Assembly: GCA_032718475.1 (NCBI GenBank)
Contig: JAUCBJ010003661.1
Location: 1-47,726, forward strand
DNA length: 47,726 nt
Direction of reading: 5' to 3'
Origin: Nemertoderma westbladi
Lineage: Eukaryota > Animalia > Xenacoelomorpha
Shown here in pieces: positions 1-11,061 of this stretch. Under the pieces are notes generated by a model. It was not told the origin of the DNA and searched no databases. It worked only from the letters and a program-made list of their open reading frames with translations. A program made the translations under genes and the position numbers. Position 1 is the first letter of the stretch. Every line of letters starts with the position of its first letter.

Positions 1-52
1 TAACAGTAGCGTATAACGCAAAATAAATCTGTTAAACCCTTTGACCATCTGT

Positions 53-336
53 AATTCTAGTCGATTAAGATATCGTGGCACCCACCGATATACTTGAAAG
101 ACAAATTATAGAATCAGTGGTTAACGTCCCCAGACAAGTTCTGGAATAAATCGGTGCCCATCTCAAATATTAATTATTTAATATTTGTAAATCTAATACG
201 TCAAAATCTGTAAAATTTAGATCCTTTAACAATTCTAGTCGATTAAGATATCGTAGCATTTACCGATATTCTTAAAAAAGACAATTGTCATAGAATTAAG
301 GATCTTGTGTCCCTAGACATGTTCTAGAATCAAAAT
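53..336. repeat. Diverged two-copy direct repeat, period about 178 bp
   Basis: AATTCTAGTCGATTAAGATATCGT...ACCGATAT...AAAGACAA...AGAC..GTTCT.GAAT starts at 53 and again at 231. Confidence 0.75.
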
Positions 337-2314
337 ATGTCCATTTAATTATCAAATAATAAAATTTCAGGGAATAAATTTAAATTCATGCCTTTTAATG
401 AATTTAATAAATTGCCATTTTTACGCAATTTATAAAGTTCCCAAAATTCCATTAATTAATAGATCAAGGGAGCGGAGATTTATCTTATCATGCGTATGAG
501 TGTGTGAAAGTCTCCCAAACATAGTCAATAGCCGATAAAATTCATAAAGTCATGTATAACACAGAACATTGACTATTAAAGAATTACTATTAAATAACAT
601 CCCAGATCTGTATGCATTGGAATCACCCTAATTCTACCGCTAGCTTTGCATAATGTCACCATAGCAACAACCACGCTAGAATTAGAATTGAGTTAAAAGA
701 ACAATAGAAAGCTTGTCCCATTGAATAGCATAGGGAATAAATAGTGCACTGATAGTATCCAAGGATACATAATAATACAGTGACATTCTGGAAGGCATTG
801 ACTAACAGACAAGTGACCCGAGTGTGTGTAATTTGTGACAAGTTGTGTGTGGTACTTGTGAGCTTATAGGCGAATGTTACTACTAAGGTGTGTTTACAGT
901 AGCCAGTCGCAATCGTAAAGTAACCTAACTCTCCAAGGAAAACCTGAAGTACATCTAAGCCTTTGGGACGGACAGTTGAGTGACTTGTGCCGGTTGTCGT
1001 TGTCGTTGTGCGGCTACGTCGTTGGCGAAAGTACAGCGGCGACGACACATCGGCGCTGAGGATCTCGTACTGTCCGGGGGTTGATTGGGGTAGGCAGCGA
1101 CGCCCGCTCGCCTAAATATAAACTCATTATAATGTGGATAAACTCATATATAGCAGATATGACGGAGTTGATAGAAGATGGTCTTGTCATCCTATCGATT
1201 TACACAATACGGACTATGTCGACTATATATCCTGCCCAGCGGAGTCGGAACCATAAACGGAAATTCGAATGCGAAAATTCTATTCGAAATCGACTCGAAA
1301 GAAAAGACACTTAAGAAACAAATGGACGCGGTAACTCCAACGTATATTTGGAATTCTTGATAGAAGCATTGTAACAACAAATAAATATCACCCGCGTTTA
1401 CCCTACCAGACGTGCGTCTTTGGTATTATTACGATAAATGCCCTAGACCCAACTAATAAACGGAAAGACATAAACATCCACGTAAACCGAAACTTGTTGA
1501 CGTATCACCTATGCTCACTCGGCTCGAACGATCCTGGAGTAAACCTACGATCAGAGTCCCGGAATACTCGGTCAAACCTCCTCATTCCTTAGTTGGACCT
1601 CAGACCTGCGATCTTGGTGGTGTCGCGGATCCTCGCGGACTGTATTCACTGTTCAAAGATCTAGTGCTACCCTAACAATTAATCGGTAACACTCCGACAG
1701 TGATTTCTAGCTAGCCGCCCATCTTACCTAGCCGGATTGTGACGCGGACACCTAATATCACTATCCAACCGTATGGTCGTCCACGTTTAACGCGATACAA
1801 CCCCTCATCAAGGGGAAGGAGAGCGTTGTACGAAACGAGTTAAACGCTATTTTATAAAGATCAAAAAGGAAACCTGCGTTTGTTCAGATAAACGTAAGTT
1901 ATAACGGTGAGTCCAATCGATAAACGAATTGGCCTTATCTCAATTCGATTGGGAAATCCAGAATCTCTAAGAAGTTATCGAACTTGGACGATCCTATTCT
2001 CTGCGAGAGTTTTTGGATGAACGTATCCAGCTACGAGCGGAGGAAAATCAGCTCGAGGAGAAGCATATCGAAACGGCAGATACCTCGACCACAATCCTAC
2101 ACCTTCTGATGCAATCATATTGCACCCTTCACCCAGGAGTTATGGCCCTCCTAGTAAAGTGGCTCCCCCCAAAGAGAAAAAGACTCTTGCTAGCCTCAAA
2201 AAACTGCGTAAACGCCGTCTGCGTAAGAAAGACTAACTGTTTAGAGTATCTTTATGTTTTAGAAACTGTGATTTTTATATTTTATAGACTGAAAATCCCA
2301 TTTTCTGGGAGCGG

Positions 2315-3562
2315 TGTAAAAGCCTTTGCTGAATTGCCCCGTTATTTTTATTATCTTTTACATTAAAATACTCTGTAGTTGATTTAATAAGTGTAAGAGA
2401 CCGTATTATTGCTGTATCGGTGTTTTTAGAGGATCTAAGACCTATTTCCTCCGTATGTGTACTGTGAAAGGCATATTTTATGATTCTATGGCAATTCGTG
2501 ACGCAAAGGGGTGATAGCTACTCTTGAACAGTAGTTACTATGACTACGGTTAACAGCTGACATTCATACGTGTTGATTTCCTTTGTTCTACGGCGTCTCT
2601 CAGTTCAGTCAGCCAATTAGAGCGTTTTTGTGGCTCCTTGTACAGAAAATTTCCGAGAAATGACGCAATGCCTATGTGCAGTGTTTACATTCAGTCCTGA
2701 GCCAAAGAAAGAACGGCTTGGAAGTATTTTGTGCTTTACTGTTTTTTAGTCTTACACTAGTAGGTTTAATTATAAAGGGCATATATCCTTTAACCTAACG
2801 ACTACCTGACTCATGGAATCACCTGCTAACTGATCATACATACTGACTGCTGAAACATTGCAAACTCATAACAATCAGTGTTCAGTTGTTGTTTTATACT
2901 GCTATTTACTGTCAGTTCTTCATAATATGGTTGATGAATTATTATATTTGGAATAACGATAAATAACCCCGAAACCCAATATTCTTGATATACCGAAGGT
3001 AAGAGAGAAGGGTTACAGATAAACGATTGTGACTTATGTTAAAGTGGTTTGAAGTGAATCTAATGTTATTTGATAGACCCTACATGAGTCAGTCTGTGTT
3101 CCTTTTATATGTGACTAAAATCAGTGAAGATTGGCAGATTAGTGTGCAGTATTGTGCAGCATTGTGTATGAGTGAGTCTGTTAAAGAAGCAATTCCTAAA
3201 GAATGCGCCATATATGTGAATTATAATTAAGCCATATCGTTGTGAGTAGTTTAAGTCATAACTCTGTTTATATAGATAAAGCGCCACGTCCTAAAGGAAC
3301 TGTTAATATTCCCGAAGGTGAATAATATTGTCAGAGATTATATAATACTGTCAGTCGAATAATACATTAGGCTTACATAGCAATAAAATTAAACCGTCGA
3401 ACCCAATCTCCCGGGAATATCCAGCGGGTGAATGGTCGCGCACGGATTGGTTTCGACTAGTGTAGTGAATCAAATACTTGTCATAGACTAAAAACTGATT
3501 TAATATCTAGAAGACATCTTAATTTGGTGGGTTAAACTGCCAAAGGTCTGAAAGCGCGAACA
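2315..3562 (+). repeat. LTR, 1248 bp (3' LTR of the plus-strand element)
   Basis: Termini TGTAAAAG...CGCGAACA. Colinear end to end with the reverse complement of 11342-12510 (roughly 75-80% by eye), and homology stops at the TGT/ACA ends. PPT-like tract upstream. CCAAT near 2613, TATAAA at 2771. Confidence 0.8.
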
Positions 3563-4101
3563 GGTTTAACAGATTTATTTTGCGTTGTACGCTACTGTTA
3601 AAGGGACATCACGCTACTATATGTATTATTTAATATACGGTATGAGAGCAATATCGCACGAAGCAATGTCAGTGAGAAGAGGCAAGTCGTTTCCAAGGTC
3701 TACCCAGAGCTTGGTTTAGCCGAGACACGAGGATCTGAATTTTGCATTCCTAATACTCTACTTACCAATAATACTTGAATATAGTAGGAGCTTTATTGTA
3801 CTTTAATAAGTACGGATATTTCATCTTACTGTAGTCACGTATTTATAATGTAATACGGACAGTAAGGAAAGAGAAAAAGAATTATTTCTCGCCGTCGCAC
3901 TAAATATATAATATATAAGTAATTAAGTAATAAACACTAATATATATTGCACTAATCTACTAAATAATCGCTAAAATAACATTCTACTAAATAAAATTAA
4001 AGAAAACGATTATAATAAAATTACATAATAATACATACATAAATATAAAATAATAAAAACAAATATAAAATAATATAGTCACACACCCACTCCAGACGCT
4101 G

Positions 4102-7100
4102 TTACGTTGGGGAGTCCCTAGATGTTTGTTGGATTAGGGAGGTGGTCGTGGGAAGAGTATCTTGCCTTCCATAGTTTCCGGACAGTTCTCGGTCTCGTTC
4201 CAGTAAACATAAACGACCAACTGGGCGATTGAGCTGCTGTGTCTCGAAGACAATTCCAGGTTTCCTCTTCGTCCTGGAATAGTGACGATAGAAACATCGC
4301 TTCAAATACACGACGGCCTTACAAAGCCGATTCCAGGATCTATAGTGGTCCATCGCTCCCGGCAGGAGAGGTGAGAGTCCCGGCGAGACGTCTGGTGTTC
4401 CAGATCTCCAGTCTCTCTCTCTGATCTCCACAACAGATCGGTTCGCGGTGGGGGAGTTTAGATCCACAGCGTCGTCCCTGGCAATGTGTAATACAGACAG
4501 ATCTATCACGGGTTTAAATAACCTTGATTTACTCGTCCGGGTTTTAGGTTTGACTTTCTCCGCTCCCTTGGCTTGTCTAATCTCAGCCGTGGTAAGATGG
4601 GGAGGCCATTCATCTTCTTTACTTAGGAAGTCGGGTCCACCTAACCAGTCTGGAGTATCTGTCAGTTCTTGAGGAGTTGCTCCTCTGGAAGCGATGTCGG
4701 CTAGATTAATCGTCTCGGGGCAATATCTCCATTGATCTACATTGGAGTTAATATCGTCATTATCTGAGGAGTATGGTGTTCCCTCAGTTGGGTCGTCAAC
4801 TTCACTGCTCTCCACTTCCCATTCACTTAATTGATATACCTGTTCTTTTGGTAATCTTTCCATGAGAGTTCTACGGGAAGGGCCAGTAAAGTACCAACCT
4901 ACTCTAGTTCTTCCCGCATAGACTTGTAATGGTTGCGGTTGAGCAGGCCGTTTCTCCAATGTCTCAAGCGCTTCATGCGCATTTTGGCCGATGAGTATTT
5001 GCACTCCAGGGTAATCTGTGTTGAATCTAGGTATATTAAGCTGCTGGGTGGAATCGTCCTCATCCCAGTTATAAGGTTCTACTTGGCTGGTAGCGAAGTT
5101 CTTTATCGCCACCATTTTTACTGACCTTATACTATGTTCTCCTAGTTCATCCTGGGGGGTGGACAACGCACCTACATAATAATCCGCTATTACTGTAGAT
5201 TTCCAAACCTGCATAATTCCTGACATGTTTAACTTAGTTCGGAACTTGGGTTGTCCAGCAAAGATGTCTTCGGCTAGTTCTTTGTCGATGAATGTTCCTG
5301 TGCTACCGGAGTCAAGGAGGGCGTTCACTATATAACTCCTTTTAGGTCCGTGGACCCTTAACTGCACTACGGGAAATTCTCGGATTCCTACATTGGAAGT
5401 TGGTGCTTTCCAAGATGGTTGTCGGTCAGAAGTAGTTAGGGGGAGCTCGCTGTCGGTGTCCTTTTCATGCGTAAGTGCTCGATACACTGCGGTATTTATC
5501 AGGTAACAGGATTCGTTTTCGTCGGAGAATTCGTCCGTATAGAATCCTTCCATCTCAGAACTTTGGTCAGTGTCGTTCACATCACTGAATTGGACATGTA
5601 GTTCGGACTCACTTACCTGACTCGGGCTGTTTCGTTCGAATTCAGTGTGCAACAAGATATGATGTTTTGCGCCGCACTTTGCACACCTTGCGTCGGAGTA
5701 ACAGGTTCGCCGTTGGTGTCCTTGTCTGAGGCAATTATAACACAACCGCTTATCCCACATGACTTCACGTCTATCCTTTAATGATTTCTTTAGGAATTCA
5801 TCACACACATTCAAACGGTGGGGCCCGTCACACAGCGCACATTTCGGTTTGATGTTACTTACCTTATTTTGAGTAACGTTGTGCACACTCGTTCTTTCTT
5901 CGGGCTTTCTTACCTGAATTCTCTTAGGAGACGTAGGAGGAGTTTTTCTTACCTGTTCTCTCCTGTCATTGGTTCGAGACTTGAATTTACTTACGTCTTT
6001 AGGCGTTTTGTTGACATAATAAGATCTTTCAGTGTCTTTCCCGCTGTCTTCTTCTTGAGAAGCCTGGCTTTCGCCGTCGTCGGTATAACACACTGGTGTT
6101 ACCTTTCTCCTAGAAACGGGTTTCTCACTTACCTTGTTTTCCGGTGTCTTCTCTCTGGACTGCTTTAGGAGCTGTAATTTCACTTCTCCATCTAAGAATG
6201 ACATGAGATCAGCCATGGTAGGGTCTCGTCGTTGTTGTTCCATCATATATAACACTTTCTTATCCCAGCGTGTGCCTACTCCACCCTTAGGTAAAGTTGA
6301 GGCCACGGCTCCAATAACCATAGAACTCTGATATTCATGAGACTTACCTAGCCAATCTAATTGTCTACAGATCTCTTGAATCTCATCGGAAAACTCTATA
6401 ATCCCGCTGCTAATGAACTTTCGGGGGGCTACCAATTTTGCATACAAATACCTAGCTATGTTATTCCTATTACCATACCTGATGTTTAGTGTATCCCAAA
6501 CTTGTCTTAATCCATCTGGATGTCCAATAAACTTTAACGCCATTAACTTGGGAGATCCTTCCAAGCACTCGATGAGGAATCTAAGTTTCTCTCCGTTAGA
6601 TAGCACAGAGTTCTGTATGTTATCTTTGTAATATTCATTAAAAGGTAACCATTTCATCTCATCTCCATTGAACTTGACGATCTCTCCCACCTTTACCGCT
6701 TGACGGGCTTCGGTTCTAGCCATTTGACGCGTAAAACTTTCTTGGGCCATCGTGTTATTTAATATCGAGTTATCGGTATATAAATTTCTCGGATTATTAT
6801 CAAGTCTATATGGAATATCATTGTCAACAGGTTTATAATTACCCTTAATAGGGTTTACTATAGGAGTTTCCACTTCACTAGCAGTATAGATGCGTGTAGG
6901 CTCCACACCTTGCGCATGAAATACTTCAGACCTAACAGGTTGACACATTGTTACAGGGGGTGGTGGTATACCCTTTTGTGTATTTACTAATTTATCGCGT
7001 TCTAATGCGATACTCTGCTGCACTTCTTGCAACTCTAACCTACTTTCCCTTACTGTTCCTTTAAACTGATGAACAGTCTCCTGCATCTGCCCGAGCAGGA

Positions 7101-7716
7101 GATTCATCCCCCGCCGCCCCTCATCCACCCACTCGACCGCCGAAGCGGGAGCCGCCAACGTAGTAGCGGGTAGACGAGAGACAACGGGCGACAAATCATT
7201 GATATTTCGCTCGGAGTCCAGGACAGGAACTGTCTCAGGGGTTGTTTTGTGGGGCACAGGTAGTTTAGTACTGTGCAAAGGGAATTTAGAGGTAGGTTCT
7301 GGGAGCACAGGTGTCTCTATCACCGAAGGGGTGATTTCAAGAACAGGCCTAATTATTTCAGGCTCATCTACTATAGTAGGGAGTCTTTCTATTTTAATTA
7401 TTTGGTCTGTGGGTTCTGTACTACCTAAGCCTGTGTTAGTTAGTTGCCTTCTAACAGCTGGGGGCAAATCAGGCAATTTCTGACGGTGGGACATTCTTCT
7501 ACGTCTGCTTAGACGAGATCTATTTCCTCCGCCTTCAGGATCGGTGGTATCGCCTTCATCAGATGATGTATATCCCTGTCTTTTGGGAGTAGATCGATTC
7601 ATCATCTGCATATTACTAGCTGTTAACTGTTTATTTATGCAGTCTTGATTCTCTTGAATATTTTCCAACTCTAGTTGGGTGGTCTCTTCAGATGCTCTTC
7701 GTTCTGCTTCTGCCAC
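4102..7716 (-). CDS. gag-pro: BEL/Pao Gag-aspartic protease polyprotein with pol mostly deleted (1204-aa open frame)
   Basis: DUF1759-like capsid region (KFNGDEMKWLPF...LSNGEKLRFLIECLEG); three Cys/His knuckles CALCDGPHRLNVC, CYNCLRQGHQRRTC, CAKCGAKHHILLH; protease ALLDSGS...ILIG; RTRVGW; RNase H tail QWRYCPETINLADIASRG...WLGGPDFL; terminal LNRPVGRLCLLE. No YVDD RT motif and no integrase core. Confidence 0.9.
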   Translation of the reverse strand: MAEAERRASEETTQLELENIQENQDCINKQLTASNMQMMNRSTPKRQGYTSSDEGDTTDPEGGGNRSRLSRRRRMSHRQKLPDLPPAVRRQLTNTGLGSTEPTDQIIKIERLPTIVDEPEIIRPVLEITPSVIETPVLPEPTSKFPLHSTKLPVPHKTTPETVPVLDSERNINDLSPVVSRLPATTLAAPASAVEWVDEGRRGMNLLLGQMQETVHQFKGTVRESRLELQEVQQSIALERDKLVNTQKGIPPPPVTMCQPVRSEVFHAQGVEPTRIYTASEVETPIVNPIKGNYKPVDNDIPYRLDNNPRNLYTDNSILNNTMAQESFTRQMARTEARQAVKVGEIVKFNGDEMKWLPFNEYYKDNIQNSVLSNGEKLRFLIECLEGSPKLMALKFIGHPDGLRQVWDTLNIRYGNRNNIARYLYAKLVAPRKFISSGIIEFSDEIQEICRQLDWLGKSHEYQSSMVIGAVASTLPKGGVGTRWDKKVLYMMEQQRRDPTMADLMSFLDGEVKLQLLKQSREKTPENKVSEKPVSRRKVTPVCYTDDGESQASQEEDSGKDTERSYYVNKTPKDVSKFKSRTNDRREQVRKTPPTSPKRIQVRKPEERTSVHNVTQNKVSNIKPKCALCDGPHRLNVCDEFLKKSLKDRREVMWDKRLCYNCLRQGHQRRTCYSDARCAKCGAKHHILLHTEFERNSPSQVSESELHVQFSDVNDTDQSSEMEGFYTDEFSDENESCYLINTAVYRALTHEKDTDSELPLTTSDRQPSWKAPTSNVGIREFPVVQLRVHGPKRSYIVNALLDSGSTGTFIDKELAEDIFAGQPKFRTKLNMSGIMQVWKSTVIADYYVGALSTPQDELGEHSIRSVKMVAIKNFATSQVEPYNWDEDDSTQQLNIPRFNTDYPGVQILIGQNAHEALETLEKRPAQPQPLQVYAGRTRVGWYFTGPSRRTLMERLPKEQVYQLSEWEVESSEVDDPTEGTPYSSDNDDINSNVDQWRYCPETINLADIASRGATPQELTDTPDWLGGPDFLSKEDEWPPHLTTAEIRQAKGAEKVKPKTRTSKSRLFKPVIDLSVLHIARDDAVDLNSPTANRSVVEIRERDWRSGTPDVSPGLSPLLPGAMDHYRSWNRLCKAVVYLKRCFYRHYSRTKRKPGIVFETQQLNRPVGRLCLLERDRELSGNYGRQDTLPTTTSLIQQTSRDSPT

Positions 7717-9149
7717 TGCCTTTCTTTCTGTCTGCGCTTTTCTTCCGCTTCTGCCGCTGCCACTGCCGCTTTTCTTTCCACTTCGGCTGCTTTTCTTTCC
7801 GCTTCTGCCTCTGCCGCTGCCGCTTTGCTCGCTGCCGCTCTTCTGCCGCTGCCGCTGCCGCTGCCGCTGCCGCTGCCGCTGCCGCTGCCGCTGCAGCTGC
7901 CGCTTGTGCCTCTGCCGCTGCCTCTGCCGCCTTTCTTTCCGCTTCTGCCGCTGCCACTGCCGCTGCTGCTGTCTTTCTGTCTTCTATACGTTTTTTCTTT
8001 ACTTGTTCTTCTTGGACCTCTAGCGATGCGGAGCCTTTCATCAAATTTAGCTTGGTTCGCAGCTATCATATCCGCATCGATTGCGTCCAACACAAGCTTG
8101 GCTCCTTCACTATTAGGGCTAAGTCCAGACAGCCGTCTCCTCAACTCTTCATCACCTACAAATCGTTGATAGTCCGACAGATAGATGTCAATAGCATCCC
8201 TCTTATGCGGTTTCTCTGCCGTCGCTTCACTTTCCACTTGGGAAAATGTAGCGTCTGTTGATTCTCCATGGGTTGAGCGCTCAGCCAGCTGAGATTTCCA
8301 CTGGGCAGTTCCTTGAACTTGGAGACTCACCCGCTGAAACCAAGTCTTTACGGCAACTTGCAACGACGTGTCTTGTCTTCTTTTCGAAGCCTCCTCAAAG
8401 GCCGATAAGATTAGTCTGATTCGTAGAATTCTTTCTCTAACTTGATAAAGCAGCTCTCCCTGCTCTTGAGGTCCTTGGGGTTGTCGAAACAGTTGTTCCT
8501 TTAATCGCTCCATAGAGCTGAAGAATCCCTGTACGTATCCTGCTGCTGACCTCTTCCACACAGCTGGATCGCTGGTTTCTTTTGTCACTCCCATCCTGTG
8601 TATGTCTTCCCAGGCAGCTTCCGATAAGTCAAACGGGAGTCCGGGTCCGGGGAAGTTCCATTGCGACTCGACAATAGACTTCAGTTCTTCCCTTGTGTAT
8701 CCCGCATAACTATCCTTGGTCGATCGCTTACTTCTCGCCCAATCAATCTGGTGTTCCTCCACCGCAATCAATACCCTAGTGAGTACGGCTGCAGGAAGGA
8801 TGAGAAGGGGATCCGAATAAACCGCATCTGCCATCTTAGCTCCGCGCTCGGGTGTCAGCTCTACAGTATCCGCACTACTGGAGCTGTCGGGCCGCTGAGA
8901 AATAAGTTCTCGGCTCGAGTGTTGCTGCTGTTCCGCTGCTTCTTGGTCCCGCTTGACTTGAGCTCGAGTGCCTATGATAGACCTACGGTGTTGGACTAGC
9001 CTAGGGTCTGATATTACTACTGGAGGGATGATCTTTCTTACAGTAGGAGGTGAATTGAACTTCGGTCTCACACGTTCCACACTCCTGTCTGGGTCACAGA
9101 TGGTTGTATCTAGGAGACTGTCTGACAGGTTTTGCTTTGTGTCAGACAT
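7671..9149 (-). CDS. N-terminal part of the same Gag polyprotein (492-aa ORF), separated from the downstream ORF by a -1 frameshift
   Basis: ATG-initiated and overlaps the next ORF, which has only a GTG start. The ERKAA/AEAE coiled-coil repeats continue across the junction (EEKRRQ / ERKAVAEAERR). Confidence 0.7.
   Translation of the reverse strand: MSDTKQNLSDSLLDTTICDPDRSVERVRPKFNSPPTVRKIIPPVVISDPRLVQHRRSIIGTRAQVKRDQEAAEQQQHSSRELISQRPDSSSSADTVELTPERGAKMADAVYSDPLLILPAAVLTRVLIAVEEHQIDWARSKRSTKDSYAGYTREELKSIVESQWNFPGPGLPFDLSEAAWEDIHRMGVTKETSDPAVWKRSAAGYVQGFFSSMERLKEQLFRQPQGPQEQGELLYQVRERILRIRLILSAFEEASKRRQDTSLQVAVKTWFQRVSLQVQGTAQWKSQLAERSTHGESTDATFSQVESEATAEKPHKRDAIDIYLSDYQRFVGDEELRRRLSGLSPNSEGAKLVLDAIDADMIAANQAKFDERLRIARGPRRTSKEKTYRRQKDSSSGSGSGRSGKKGGRGSGRGTSGSCSGSGSGSGSGSGSGSGRRAAASKAAAAEAEAERKAAEVERKAAVAAAEAEEKRRQKERQWQKQNEEHLKRPPN
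7843..7893. repeat. (CTGCCG)n microsatellite inside gag
   Basis: About 8 perfect hexamer units within a longer degenerate tract at 7700-7970. Confidence 0.9.
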
Positions 9150-9282
9150 GTTTGTTTGTACAGTTGAATGCCTACTGCTATATTACAGTTAAAGCAAGTC
9201 TAGTAATTCAGTATCACCGTTAGCCTAGTAATTAATTACCGATATCGTTACTCTATGTAACGTGATATATATACAATATATT

Positions 9283-9533
9283 AGAATACCGGTATGCTTA
9301 TAGTATATATATAAGTATTATTACAGACTAGATTTGTCACAGAATACCGGTATATAATTTCAGCACAAATATATATAAATATATAATAGGCCTATCGTGA
9401 ATACCGGTATACAGCTTACACTTATAGTATATATAAGTATAATTATGGACTAGAATTAATTACAGAATACCGGTATAATTTCAGCCTAAATTTATAGAAA
9501 TAAATATAATAAGCCTATTGTAAATACCGGTAT
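9283..9533. repeat. Array of five ATACCGGTAT palindromes at about 60-bp spacing (about 120-bp dimer unit)
   Basis: Motif near 9286, 9344, 9401, 9467 and 9524. Spacers 1 and 3, and 2 and 4, are homologous. Confidence 0.85.
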
Positions 9534-10481
9534 GTCAATTATTTTAGAATAATTGAATTTCTGAATTTTAGGGGTTACTTGGTTACTTTACTTTACTTGA
9601 TTACCGTTATTTAAGCAGTAGTCCAACTGACATTAAGACCTAATTGTTGTATGACAGGCCTACTATTTTATAAATCGGTTTGAGTTGATTTATAATATTT
9701 GTGTACCCGTTTAATGGGTTTTGTCAATATTTGAAATAAATGTTATTATTTCTGGGAAGGAGTCACTACACAGAAGCTGTGCGCTCTCAGTGAAGTGCTA
9801 CTTGTTGGACACTAAAACAAATAATTCTAATTTACCTAAGTTACTTAATACTACAAATTACGTACAATTCGGGGTGAGATTACAATCTCTAAATAAACAC
9901 AAAAAATTACACGTACGAATTTTTAGGGTAATTTTACAAGAAGTCTACAAACCAGCCTAACAAAGGGTTAGAATATCTGGTTATTACAACGGACAGGGTA
10001 CTACGGTATTTGAAAATAACAAAGCAGTAGTAAATATACTGCGTTGTCCAGATAGGAAAAATACCACCGTCTGACGACTTATAGCCGTATCGCTATAAGT
10101 ACTACGTTATGTATCACGGAGTGTTCCTACCTAGAAGTTAATTACCGCGGTCTACCAGAACCAACGTGCCTATTAACCACTTTACAACACAAATATACTG
10201 CCTACACACTAATTACCTTCGGAAAGCACTGTACACTAAACCCTAAATTAGGTACAAGTACTTATACAACAAATAATCAGCAGTTAGAAATACTTGTACA
10301 GCTAAAAGAACCACGGTATCTGCTGGAGTGACCGGGGCACAAAATCACCAGTCTTTACCTACGCCAAGCAGCCCTGATGTAGTACCGGGGTTAATTTAAC
10401 TATAACGGTATGTACAACAAGCACAATTACTGTAGGAATAAACTTGGGGATATGAATGTTGCGAATAATCGCATAAACTCT

Positions 10482-11061
10482 GAATAATAAATATTACGCT
10501 ACGCGTACAGACTACTCAAACAAAATACAGACCAAACGCTGACAGACTACTATCAAGCCTAAACAAACTACGGTATATGCAGACTCCGAAATGGTTAGTT
10601 AGTATGCGTTCTAACCGAGTAGTACGACTTATTCTTTCGAGGGGGTTTACCTCACAGCACTGGAAGCCCCTACGTTCCTAACTAGTACTTTATCGGACAT
10701 ACACTCTACACACACCGCAATCTCTTCAGACCTAACAACAGCCAGACAACAATCCAGCCTACAAATTATCTAAATAAGAAATATTACACTACCCGTACAG
10801 ACTACACATACAAAATACAGACCAAACGCTGGCAGACTACTATCAAGCCTAAACAAACTACAGTATATGCAGACTCCGAAATGGTTAGTTAGTATGCGTT
10901 CTAACCGAGTAGTACGACTTATTCTTTCGAGGGGATTTACCTCACAGCACTGGAAGCCCCTACTTTCCTAACTAGTACTTTATCGGACATACACTCTACA
11001 CACACCGCAATCTCTTCAGACTTAACAACAGTCAGACAACAGTCCAGCCTACAAATTATCT
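10482..11061. repeat. Tandem duplication, 2 x 290 bp, in the retrotransposon leader
   Basis: ATATTAC.CTAC.CGTACAGAC...CCTACAAATTATCT recurs at offset 290 (10491 and 10781) with few substitutions. Confidence 0.92.

Larger units (their letters stand above)
1..3562 (+). mobile_element. 3' part of a plus-strand BEL/Pao-family LTR element (3' internal region, PPT, 3' LTR); 5' part lies outside the window
   Basis: 1-38 is the reverse complement (37/38) of 3563-3600, the 3' internal region of the neighbouring element. Purine tract GGGAGCGG at 2307-2314 directly precedes a TGT...ACA-bounded LTR. Confidence 0.65.

Noticed and set aside
656-1048. env gene
   Set aside because: Only 130 aa, GTG start, antisense to its element, no signal peptide or furin/fusion motif.
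1783-1847. Hammerhead ribozyme in the stem-loop
   Set aside because: TGATGAG and CGAAAC lie on opposite strands.
7675-8261. Plus-strand ORFs with (LP)n, (CR)n and poly-A peptides
   Set aside because: Antisense shadows of the stop-free CTGCCG repeat in gag.
9283-9533. CRISPR-like array of palindromic repeats
   Set aside because: The repeat is only 10-12 bp, spacers are homologous to each other, there are no cas genes, and the context is eukaryotic.
10071-10110. Hammerhead-like CTGACGA followed by a stem
   Set aside because: No GAAA after stem II and no closing stems.
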